From: Nitrospina sp. UBA6727
GTDB taxonomy: Bacteria; Nitrospinota; Nitrospinia; Nitrospinales; VA-1
Direction of reading: 5' to 3'
Assembly: GCA_002454045.1 (NCBI GenBank)
Contig: DKID01000016.1
Location: 30,471 to 94,470, forward strand
DNA length: 64,000 nucleotides
Every line of letters starts with the position of its first letter. The first letter of the stretch is position 1. The notes beneath the pieces are model-generated. The model was not told the origin of the DNA. It did not search any database and worked only from the letters and a program-made list of their open reading frames with translations. Positions 56,623 through 64,000 of this stretch are shown here, in pieces. The position numbers were made by a program, and so were the translations under genes.

Positions 56623-56632
56623 GCGGCGGCGA

Positions 56633-57832
56633 CTAGCGGTCGACTTCCCCCATCACGATATCGATGCTGCCGATGATGCCCACTACGTCGGCGATATAAC
56701 AGCCCGTCATCATCTGGCACATGCCGGGAATCGCCATGAAGGACGGGGCGCGAAGCTTGACGCGGTAGGGAACATTGGTGCCGTCGCTGACGATATAAAA
56801 TCCCACTTCGCCGCGCGGTCCTTCGATGGGAACATAGGTTTCGCCTTTCGGGACGCTGATTCCCTCGGACACTAATTTGAAATGGTGGATCAACGCTTCC
56901 ATGCTCGTGTGCAAAGTTTCCCGCGGCGGTAAAGAGACTTTGTTGTCTGGCGTTTTGTAATCCCCCGCCGGCAAGTCGCGGACGGCTTGGTCGATGATCT
57001 CTAGACTCTGGCGCATTTCTTCAACGCGAACGCGGTAGCGGTCATAAATATCTCCGCCGTCGTGAATGGGAACTTCGAAATCGTATTTTTCGTAACCGCT
57101 GTATGGCCGAGATTTGCGGATGTCCCAATTCACTCCGGAGGCTCGGAGCGCCGGCCCGCTCAAACTCCAGTTGATCGCTTCTTCTTTGGAGAAGACGCCG
57201 ATGCCTTGCGTGCGGTCCATCCAAATCGGATTCTTCGTCAGCAACGCTCCATACTCGTCCACTTTGGCGGGGAAATAATCGATGAAGTCGCAGATGCCGT
57301 CGAGCCAGCGACGGGTCGCGTCTTTCGCCACGCCACCGACGCGGATGTAACTGGTCATCATGCGCACGCCGGAAATTTCTTCGTTGAGGTCGAGAATCAT
57401 TTCCCGCTCGCGCCAGCAATACAGAAAGACCGTCATCGCGCCGATGTCGAGGGCGTGCGTCCCCAACCAAACCAGGTGGCTGGCAATCCGCGCCAGTTCG
57501 CACATGATGACCCGCAAGGCTTGCGCCCGCGGCGGGATTTCTACGCCGAGAAGTTTTTCCGTCGCTAAACAAAAAGCTAAGTTGTTGCCCGGCGGATTGA
57601 GATAGTCGAGTCGGTCGGTCATCGGGATGACGTGAAGGTATCTTTTGTTTTCGGAATTTTTTTCGATGCCGGTATGCAGGTAGCCGATTTCCGGTTCGGC
57701 GGTTTTCACCACTTCGCCGTCCATCTCCAAGATGACGCGGAAAACGCCGTGCGTGCTCGGGTGCTGGGGTCCCATGTTCAAGGTCATGGTGTCTTTGTCG
57801 CGCTCCAGCAATCCTTGTTCCGTCACGCTCAT
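56633..57832 (-). CDS. nuoD: NADH-quinone oxidoreductase subunit D
   Basis: MTLNMGPQHPSTHGVFR, IGYLHTGIEK, C-terminus DIVMGEVDR. Confidence 0.97.
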   Translation of the reverse strand: MSVTEQGLLERDKDTMTLNMGPQHPSTHGVFRVILEMDGEVVKTAEPEIGYLHTGIEKNSENKRYLHVIPMTDRLDYLNPPGNNLAFCLATEKLLGVEIPPRAQALRVIMCELARIASHLVWLGTHALDIGAMTVFLYCWREREMILDLNEEISGVRMMTSYIRVGGVAKDATRRWLDGICDFIDYFPAKVDEYGALLTKNPIWMDRTQGIGVFSKEEAINWSLSGPALRASGVNWDIRKSRPYSGYEKYDFEVPIHDGGDIYDRYRVRVEEMRQSLEIIDQAVRDLPAGDYKTPDNKVSLPPRETLHTSMEALIHHFKLVSEGISVPKGETYVPIEGPRGEVGFYIVSDGTNVPYRVKLRAPSFMAIPGMCQMMTGCYIADVVGIIGSIDIVMGEVDR

Positions 57833-57835
57833 CCG

Positions 57836-58369
57836 TCACTCCTGATTTGGAGATTTCGATTTGACTAATTCACTTTTGAAGTCGCGGTTATACGAAAAGG
57901 TAATCGGCTCCGTGGTGAGGGGATAATCTTTTCGGAGCGGGTGACCCACCCACTCTTTCGGCATAATCAGGCGCTCCATTTTGGGATGCCCTGCGATGTG
58001 AAATCCGAACATGTCGAACAGTTCTTGCTCGGGATACAACGCGCCTTTCCAAATTTCCGACACGGTGGGGACGGAAGGGTTTTCTTCGTCTATGCCGACG
58101 CGAACGCGAATGGAATGGGAATGGTCGATGGAGTAAAGCAGATATACCGCTTCAAAGCGGGGCTCGCGTTCTTCGATGAGGTAATCCACCCCGCTCACGT
58201 CGGACAGGTAATCGAACTTCAGCGACGGGTCATCTTTGAGAAAAGCCGCCAACTTTTGCAGGCAGTCGGGCGCCACGAAAACCACCGCGTCGCCGTGCGG
58301 GAGGGCGGTATCTTGTATGGCATCGGGGAGGCTGGACTTCACTTTCGCGATGATTTCCTCACCCGTCAT
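57836..58369 (-). CDS. nuoC: NADH-quinone oxidoreductase subunit C
   Basis: [28 protein letters not shown]. The ATG at 58369 forms an ATGA overlap with the nuoB stop. Confidence 0.93.
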   Translation of the reverse strand: MTGEEIIAKVKSSLPDAIQDTALPHGDAVVFVAPDCLQKLAAFLKDDPSLKFDYLSDVSGVDYLIEEREPRFEAVYLLYSIDHSHSIRVRVGIDEENPSVPTVSEIWKGALYPEQELFDMFGFHIAGHPKMERLIMPKEWVGHPLRKDYPLTTEPITFSYNRDFKSELVKSKSPNQE

Positions 58370-58950
58370 GCCACCCTCTTTTTGGCTTTGTCGGTCCCCG
58401 CCTCCGCCATGATTTTCTCTTGAAGTTTGATCAAACCGTAAAGCAACGCTTCGGGACCGGGGGGGCATCCGGGGACGTAAACATCCACCGGCACCACGCG
58501 GTCCACTCCTTGGACGATGGAGTAATTATTAAAAATCCCGCCGCAGGAAGCGCACGCGCCCATGGACATCACCCACTTCGGCTCGGGCATTTGGTCGTAA
58601 ATCTGTTTCAGGATCGGCGCCATTTTCTGCGAGACCCGCCCCGACACGATCATCAAATCTGCTTGACGCGGAGACGCGCGAAAAACTTCCGCGCCGAAAC
58701 GTGCGGCGTCCCAGCGAGAGTTCGCCATCGCCATCATCTCGATGGCGCAGCAGGCGAGCCCAAACGTCGCGGGCCACAAAGCATTTTTCTGCGCCCAGCC
58801 GACAACCTTGCCCAACTTGGTCGTCAACACCGCGTCATACAATGCCCCAGAATATTCGTACTGCATCGCCTCGACGGCGTCTTTAACATTCAGTTTAAGG
58901 TTGCTGACTTCGTCGCCAAGTCTTTCGGCGGCATCTTCGATTAATCCCAT
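58366..58950 (-). CDS. nuoB: NADH-quinone oxidoreductase subunit B
   Basis: [27 protein letters not shown]. The ATG at 58950 overlaps the nuoA 3' end by 10 nt. The ORF-track start at 59169 lies inside nuoA. Confidence 0.93.
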   Translation of the reverse strand: MGLIEDAAERLGDEVSNLKLNVKDAVEAMQYEYSGALYDAVLTTKLGKVVGWAQKNALWPATFGLACCAIEMMAMANSRWDAARFGAEVFRASPRQADLMIVSGRVSQKMAPILKQIYDQMPEPKWVMSMGACASCGGIFNNYSIVQGVDRVVPVDVYVPGCPPGPEALLYGLIKLQEKIMAEAGTDKAKKRVA

Positions 58951-59294
58951 TCTAACCCTCCCCGTCCCCAAATATAGATGTACGCAATCGCAAGGATGAG
59001 GATGAAAACCGCCATCTCCACCAATCCGAATAACTGGAGTTCTTCCAAAGCCACGGCCCACGGATACAGAAATACCACTTCCACATCGAAGATGATGAAG
59101 AGCATGGCGATGGTCGCGAACCGCACTGGATAGCGCCCCTTCGCCTCTTCGGTCGGGATGATGCCGCACTCATAAGGAAGCAATTTTTGCGGACTTGGGT
59201 TGCGCGGACCCAGCACGGTGGACAACGCCAACAAGGCGCCGACCACGACGACGGCGACGACCGCGAACAACGAAATGTAAAAGTAGTCAGCCAT
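58941..59294 (-). CDS. nuoA: NADH-quinone oxidoreductase subunit A
   Basis: [13 protein letters not shown]..., [19 protein letters not shown]. The ATG is at 59294. Confidence 0.93.
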   Translation of the reverse strand: MADYFYISLFAVVAVVVVGALLALSTVLGPRNPSPQKLLPYECGIIPTEEAKGRYPVRFATIAMLFIIFDVEVVFLYPWAVALEELQLFGLVEMAVFILILAIAYIYIWGRGGLEWD

Positions 59295-59450
59295 TTTAAG
59301 ACTCCGCCTAACGCAGGAAGGAAGATGAAAAACTACCGGCAAGCGGAGAAAAGTTGCGCGCCGCAACCGTCCCCCGGCAGTCCCCTTTCGCGTTGCAATG
59401 ATACATGGTAGCACACATGGGCCATCGGCGAGATAGTCGCTGAGGCCACG

Positions 59451-59478
59451 ATTATAGCAATCCACCCCACCCTGTCAA
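59451..59478 (-). promoter_or_regulatory. Near-consensus sigma70 promoter of the nuo operon
   Basis: Minus strand TTGACA (59478..59473), 16-nt spacer, TATAAT (59456..59451). This predicts a leader of about 150 nt before the nuoA ATG. Confidence 0.6.
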
Positions 59479-59487
59479 CAGAGGAAT

Positions 59488-59530
59488 GCCGCGGCGATGA
59501 CGGCGCAACGGCGCGGTGACGGCGGCGGGG
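59488..59530 (+). repeat. G+C-rich word repeat between the 445-aa gene stop and the nuo promoter
   Basis: gccgcggcgatgacggcgcaacggcgcggtgacggcggcgggg. Confidence 0.6.
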
Positions 59531-59539
59531 AAAGACGCG

Positions 59540-60877
59540 TCAGGAATATTCGATGTGCAGGCGGTAGATTAAGCCTGCGGAATTTTCGTCGGTTCCTTTG
59601 GCGTCGGGCTGGGCGTAACTGATGAGTTCAAAGCCGATGGTGTTTTCCCCGTCTTGAACATGCGGGTCGATGCCAATCAAAAACGGGTCCGAATATTCCG
59701 CGCCGCCGTACTCCTGCTGGAGACTGACGGCGTTCACCGAGACGCGGCAGGTGTCATCCGAGCGAAGCAGAATTTCGGCGCGGCGGATGGCGGTGGGACT
59801 GTTAATGGGAAGATTAAACTTGATGCGGAACTTATGCTGGCTTCCCGTTTTGGCTTCTTCTGGCAAAACGGTTTCGCGGACCCACACCCACTGACTGCCT
59901 TTGATACCGCGCCAACCACTTCCCATCTGACAAATGGAAGCCTTCGCCCACGTTTTCGATTCCGCGTCGTAATATTCGGTTTCATGTCCGCTGGCTAGCA
60001 CCAACGTTTTGGTGTTGGGAAAAGTGGGGTCGGCCTCTTCCAAAGCCACGGGATAACTTGCCTCCCACATCACTTCATTCATATTTTTCCAATAGTCAAA
60101 CATGCCTTTCTTTTTGTTGACCACCAACATACTTGGTCGCGGAGTACTGCGGCCGAGATAGGGACCAATGTCGGCGACGATCACGCCGGACGAACGCCCC
60201 GGGTCAATCGATATGAAAGAGTGGGAGGGAATGGAGGCGTAACTGTGCACGATGAGTCGCCCTTTGTTTTCGGGCGAATTCTCCTGCTGAATTTCGTCGT
60301 GCAGTTTCTGCAACAAAAGCAGCGAAGTTTTTATCTCGTTCAGAAACGTGTGCTTGCCGCCGCCTTGCCGGGTGATCAATTCCACCACCGGCGAGTTGGG
60401 GTCCATCAGCAGTAACCGGATTTTGATTCCGCCTAATACTTTTTCCTTAATCAGTTCGCGGCTTGCGGTCGAGATGGACAACAAGGAAGAGCCGCCGATG
60501 AAAATTTCTTCCTTAACATTTTCGAATAACGTTTCAAAAGAAGTTGCCTGCGCGAGTTCGGAGCGGTTTTTATAAATGCCCTGAATGCCCAGGCGAACCG
60601 CATCGGGGTTGACAATTTCTTCCAGCGCATCTTTGTATTCGTTGAAAGTTAATTCTCTCAGGAAAACTTCGTAGCCCAGCGATATCACGCCGATCAACGA
60701 AATCAACAGCGCGAATTCGCGGACGGGATAAAACCAGATGCTGGATTCGTCAAAAAAACTTCCGGCGGTGATGTAGCCGGTGGCACCCACCACGAATATT
60801 CCCATCGCCAGAAAAAGTATGCGGTCGCGCACCCATTGGCGAACATTCATTCCGCTTTTTTTAATCGGTTTCGTCAT
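59540..60877 (-). CDS. Uncharacterised membrane-anchored protein: two TM helices, a PLD-like (DUF5919-like, non-HKD) domain, and a galactose-binding-like beta-sandwich
   Basis: 445 aa. TM1 ILFLAMGIFVVGATGYITAG, TM2 FALLISLIGVISLGYEVFL. Central region IFIGGSSLL...IKIRLLLMDPNSP...HSFISID...MFDYWKNMNEVMWEAS. C-terminus RAEILLRSDDTCRVSVNAVSLQQEYGG...DGENTIGFEL. Domain calls come from pattern memory only. Confidence 0.6.
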   Translation of the reverse strand: MTKPIKKSGMNVRQWVRDRILFLAMGIFVVGATGYITAGSFFDESSIWFYPVREFALLISLIGVISLGYEVFLRELTFNEYKDALEEIVNPDAVRLGIQGIYKNRSELAQATSFETLFENVKEEIFIGGSSLLSISTASRELIKEKVLGGIKIRLLLMDPNSPVVELITRQGGGKHTFLNEIKTSLLLLQKLHDEIQQENSPENKGRLIVHSYASIPSHSFISIDPGRSSGVIVADIGPYLGRSTPRPSMLVVNKKKGMFDYWKNMNEVMWEASYPVALEEADPTFPNTKTLVLASGHETEYYDAESKTWAKASICQMGSGWRGIKGSQWVWVRETVLPEEAKTGSQHKFRIKFNLPINSPTAIRRAEILLRSDDTCRVSVNAVSLQQEYGGAEYSDPFLIGIDPHVQDGENTIGFELISYAQPDAKGTDENSAGLIYRLHIEYS

Positions 60878-60934
60878 TCGTTAAAATTTTTTGAGGGACG
60901 TTGCTGAAAGTAAACGGCGGCTTTCCAAAAATTA

Positions 60935-60963
60935 ATTTTACAAGATAACGCCGCGCTTAACAA
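60935..60963 (-). promoter_or_regulatory. Candidate sigma70 promoter for the 445-aa gene
   Basis: Minus strand TTGTTA (60963..60958), 17-nt spacer, TAAAAT (60940..60935). Confidence 0.35.
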
Positions 60964-60978
60964 TGAAGTTTTAGTTAA

Positions 60979-61040
60979 GGCGTCGCCGTCGCGTCGCGGT
61001 CACCGCCGTTGCGCCGCGACATCCCGCCGTCGTCAACTCG
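60979..61040 (-). repeat. G+C-rich word repeat downstream of the 769-aa gene (minus-strand orientation)
   Basis: The reverse complement reads gacggcgggatgtcgcggcgcaacggcggtgaccgcgacgcgacggcgacgcc. Confidence 0.55.
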
Positions 61041-61043
61041 GTC

Positions 61044-61090
61044 AGAAAAAAATAAAGCGGCGCGAATTAACTCAAGCCAGATTTTCGCCG
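61044..61090 (-). terminator. Candidate rho-independent terminator after the 769-aa gene
   Basis: Minus strand CGGCGAA (61090..61084) pairs with TTCGC(G)CCG (61066..61058) across the stop codon. It is followed by CTTTATTTTTTT. It shares the 17-mer CGCCGCTTTATTTTTTT with the terminator at 33997-34013. Confidence 0.4.
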
Positions 61091-63376
61091 CAGATACCAG
61101 TCCGCCACCAAAAGACCCACCACCATGCCATAGACCCACCAGTTATCCCAAAGCGAAAACGACCAACTACGACTTTTGATTTGCACATTCGGATTGGCGA
61201 ACCGATACGCGCTAAGGTCGTCCTCCCCGTTGAGGAAATGATATTTGCCGCCGGTGATTTCGGAAATTTTTTTCAGCAAAGTTTCGTTGACCAACGGCTT
61301 TTCAAATTCCGCCGTGTCCTGTAACACGGAGAACATAATTTCCTCCGTCAAGGATTCGCCGTCCAAATCAGCCGCAACCGTGGCGGTATAAAATCCTTCC
61401 GCGGCGGGAAGAAACGGGAAGACGCCGCCGCCCTGCTCGTCGGTTTTCAATTCCGTTTTCACGGCGGATTTTTTTTTGAGCGGTTTCAAAATCAGTTGCG
61501 CCGTCGCGTTGACCGCCGGTTGATAATTCCGCCGCAACAATTTGAATTTTATCAAGACCTCTTCGCCTGCCCGGTATCGCTCTTTGTCCGACTCCAATTG
61601 AAGCCGCCGCGTTTCCGGTTCGGCGATTAACCAGTCGATGACGTTATTCCAAAATCGTTGGAAATATCTGCCGCTTCCGCCGCCGCCGACGTTTCTGAAA
61701 TTCCAGTTCCACACGGAATCAGTAGCCAGCAGAGCCGTCCGTCCGTCGCCAAAATTTCCCGTAACCAAAATGGGAATTGCGGATTTTTTTTCGGCGATGT
61801 GCTGAACCAAAACTTGCGCGCTCTTGTCCGGGAACAATCCGATGTTGATGCCTTGGAGAGGCGGGAGCGACCGCCACGCACCCTGATTGAGTTCCGCGTC
61901 TTTCTCTAAACGCAGGATGGGATGCCGGGAAAATTCTTCGTTCAGGACAGGTTGGAACGCCGTGTCCACCAACGGCCGCGGGTTATCCCTGAAACTCACC
62001 GGTAAGATTTCTTCAATCGCGGTGCGCGAATAGCCGCCGCCCTGAAATGAAAGTTCGCCGCCGATCATCAAAAACGCGCCGCCGTTCTCGACATATTTTC
62101 GGATGTTGCCCAAATATTTTTTGTCGATAAACGGATCGTATTTGAAGTTCTGAAAAATCGTCAGGTCAAACGAACTCAAATAATCGTCAAACAAAAGGTT
62201 GGAGGGAAAGGGAATCAAACTAAGTTCTGAAACCGGAGCCTGCACGTCATCCCCTAAGTTTCTGAGAATGAAAAACGACAGCAGGTCCACCTTCGGGTTG
62301 TGGGCGAGAACTTCGCGGAGATACCGGGAGTCCCACGACGGGCGACCGTTGAGGTGCAGAACACGGATGCGGTCGCGCACCACATTTATCTCAAGTTCTT
62401 TTTCGTTGTTGATGTGAATGACTTCGCCCGCAAACTTGGGCAGGCTGATGGTGTAAATCCTTTTGCCCGCGTTTTCAGGCGTGAACTCCAACTCCGTTTC
62501 AAACCGTTTCGTGTCTTCCCGCACTTCGATGATCTTCGAAACTAGAATGCGGTCGCCCTCTTTCAAAACCAGCGGGACGTTGCGGTTTCCCATGGACGAC
62601 GCAAACACGGTGAGGGAAATTCGCGCGGGCTGCTGCACAAATCCAAAATCCGCCGCCGAGACGGCTTCAATCGCCAAGTCTTTAAATCCCACGTTGCTCC
62701 CGGCTTGCAAGGTATGAACCGGGCTGCCCAGTTCTTTGAGCGTCGCCGTCATGTTTCTGGAAATCTCGCCGACCTCTTGAGTCAAATCCGCGCCATCCGA
62801 AAACAGGAACACTCCTCGCAACGATTGCGCCGGGTACCGCTCGACCAACGCGTCGAAGACGCGAGTGAAATCGGTGTAGGGACGATGAGCGCGGTATGTA
62901 TTTTTCACCGTGCCCGCCGCGACCTTTTCGATGTCGTCGGAGAAAAAATAATAATCAACGTTGAAATCTTTTTCCAAACTTTCGAAGTAGGCAACGTTGG
63001 CATCGACGGCGTTTTTGATCAGGTCAATCCGCGAAGATTCGTCGGCGATGGTTTTTATTTTTATGGAAAGGCTTTCGCTGTTGTCGAGCAAAACCGCGAT
63101 GGAATTTCTGAGGGATTGGCTTTTCTGAAATTCCAGTTCGGGCTTTAACAACACCAGCAACAAAAGGGTGAACGCGCCCAGCCGGAGCGCGAAGAGAAGA
63201 AGTTTTCTTGCCCGAGTGCTCACCCGATTCAGGCTGGTCCAGAAAAACCAAAGCGCCGCGGGAACCACGATGCCGAGCGTGGTTAAAATCACCGCCGTGT
63301 CTTCGGACAACCAATGCAGTTGCCAGTGGTTGTATTCTTCGGAAGGAACCCCCAGCAATTTCGCCAGCAAATTCAT
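61067..63376 (-). CDS. Membrane protein with an N-terminal TM pair, a vWA-like domain (MIDAS DNSES), a class-I glutamine-amidotransferase-like domain and a C-terminal TM (Bat/aerotolerance-operon type)
   Basis: 769 aa from ATG 63376 (MNLLAKLLG...). Motifs LLDNSESLS, RVLHLNGRPSWDSRYL, GGAFLMIGGELSF. The ORF-track start at 63556 overlaps the upstream gene. Confidence 0.7.
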   Translation of the reverse strand: MNLLAKLLGVPSEEYNHWQLHWLSEDTAVILTTLGIVVPAALWFFWTSLNRVSTRARKLLLFALRLGAFTLLLLVLLKPELEFQKSQSLRNSIAVLLDNSESLSIKIKTIADESSRIDLIKNAVDANVAYFESLEKDFNVDYYFFSDDIEKVAAGTVKNTYRAHRPYTDFTRVFDALVERYPAQSLRGVFLFSDGADLTQEVGEISRNMTATLKELGSPVHTLQAGSNVGFKDLAIEAVSAADFGFVQQPARISLTVFASSMGNRNVPLVLKEGDRILVSKIIEVREDTKRFETELEFTPENAGKRIYTISLPKFAGEVIHINNEKELEINVVRDRIRVLHLNGRPSWDSRYLREVLAHNPKVDLLSFFILRNLGDDVQAPVSELSLIPFPSNLLFDDYLSSFDLTIFQNFKYDPFIDKKYLGNIRKYVENGGAFLMIGGELSFQGGGYSRTAIEEILPVSFRDNPRPLVDTAFQPVLNEEFSRHPILRLEKDAELNQGAWRSLPPLQGINIGLFPDKSAQVLVQHIAEKKSAIPILVTGNFGDGRTALLATDSVWNWNFRNVGGGGSGRYFQRFWNNVIDWLIAEPETRRLQLESDKERYRAGEEVLIKFKLLRRNYQPAVNATAQLILKPLKKKSAVKTELKTDEQGGGVFPFLPAAEGFYTATVAADLDGESLTEEIMFSVLQDTAEFEKPLVNETLLKKISEITGGKYHFLNGEDDLSAYRFANPNVQIKSRSWSFSLWDNWWVYGMVVGLLVADWYLRRKSGLS

Positions 63377-64000
63377 CTGGGATTGTACCTGCGCATACGT
63401 TCGAGGATAATCGGCAAATGCACCATGTCCTTTTTGTAGTCCAGCGTCAGCGCGTACATGATGATGTTGACGCCCATGCGGATGGCGAGTTGCCGCTGCC
63501 TGTATCCTCCCGCGAGCACATCGTAATTCCAATGCCCCAGTTTGTTCCGCGACCAAGCGCCGCCGTGGTCGTTGGAGCTGACCACCAAAACGGTTCTCCC
63601 TTTAATGGATATTCCTTCCAGATAAGACTTGACGATGGTTCGTCCCGACACGGCGTTGAGCAAATAAAAAGAACGGAAAATAGAATGCTCGCGCGAAATT
63701 TTTCCAAGCGGATTTTGCGGGAACAACGTGGATATCATTCCACGCACCGCGGCGGAAAATGCAGAATCGACGCGGCCAGAATTGTCATCGATAAAAAGAA
63801 ATCCGCCGTAGTTTAAATATCGCCGCAAAATTTTCAGGTCATCTGCGGGGAACGAATCAAACGCCGCGTCGCCCCCCATATAGAGGAAGGGATACCGAAA
63901 TACTTCCGGGTCCGAAATGTTCATCGCGATCGGTTCGCGGTTGACTTCAACAGACGTTCTGCGCGCAACCTCAGCGAGCAGGCTTCGCAAAGCTTCCGGT
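63373..64000 (-). CDS. DUF4159-domain protein; N-terminus runs off the right edge
   Basis: DPEVFRYPFLYMGGDAAFDSFPADDLKILRRYLNYGGFLFIDDNSG...HSIFRSFY...GGAW...MGVNIIMYALT. The frame remains open to position 64000, so the TTG at 63990 in the ORF track is probably internal. Its stop forms an ATGA overlap with the next gene. Confidence 0.75.
   Translation of the reverse strand, partial: PEALRSLLAEVARRTSVEVNREPIAMNISDPEVFRYPFLYMGGDAAFDSFPADDLKILRRYLNYGGFLFIDDNSGRVDSAFSAAVRGMISTLFPQNPLGKISREHSIFRSFYLLNAVSGRTIVKSYLEGISIKGRTVLVVSSNDHGGAWSRNKLGHWNYDVLAGGYRQRQLAIRMGVNIIMYALTLDYKKDMVHLPIILERMRRYNPR

Noticed and set aside
57042-57839. 265-aa minus-strand ORF
   Set aside because: It is an alternative frame of nuoD with an extreme Arg/Pro/Gly bias. 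The nuoD frame has the canonical motifs.

Overview
This is a 64 kb chromosomal segment of a Gram-negative-type bacterium with mid-range GC. I cannot assign a taxon from sequence alone. It is densely packed with about 55 protein-coding genes, nearly all housekeeping. These include proC/yggS, a CusRS-like two-component operon, gatB, bcp, uvrB, mrdA-mreDCB, a ppiD-like gene, a thiD-thiN fusion, a glmU-like gene with glmS, a fis-like gene, mtaB, smpB, hisHB, dxs, ispA, nhaD, comF, argD, argF, tgt, sfsA, and a 13-gene complex I operon nuoA to nuoM on the minus strand. At the right edge sits a vWA/GATase-like membrane protein next to a DUF4159 protein. I found no rRNA, tRNA, tmRNA, CRISPR array, transposase, integrase or prophage gene. 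Two edge-truncated genes are missing from the ORF track: 1-1031 (minus) and the upstream part of 63373-64000 (minus). Many ORF-track starts are too long, and I re-set them by hand. The most unusual content is non-coding. (1) A family of 15-21 bp units with an A-run/T-run core and G+C-rich flanks forms head-to-tail arrays in intercistronic spacers: nine units between nuoD and nuoE, and smaller arrays upstream of nuoH, dxs, sfsA and the 1-1031 gene. The same units also appear in-frame inside nuoG, in the N-terminus of a methyltransferase, and possibly in the C-terminal tail of Dxs. (2) A second dispersed G+C-rich family is built from the words GCGGCG(CG)ATGACGG, CGCAACGG and GGTGACGG. It sits just past stop codons and in the nuoI-nuoJ spacer. 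Other notable points are a nuo operon that ends at nuoM with no nuoN, an uncharacterised protein with two TM helices, a PLD-like domain and a beta-sandwich domain, a GlmU-like protein with a degenerate nucleotide-binding signature, and an archaeal-style ThiD-ThiN fusion. All protein family calls rest on motif recognition by eye. No database search was run.
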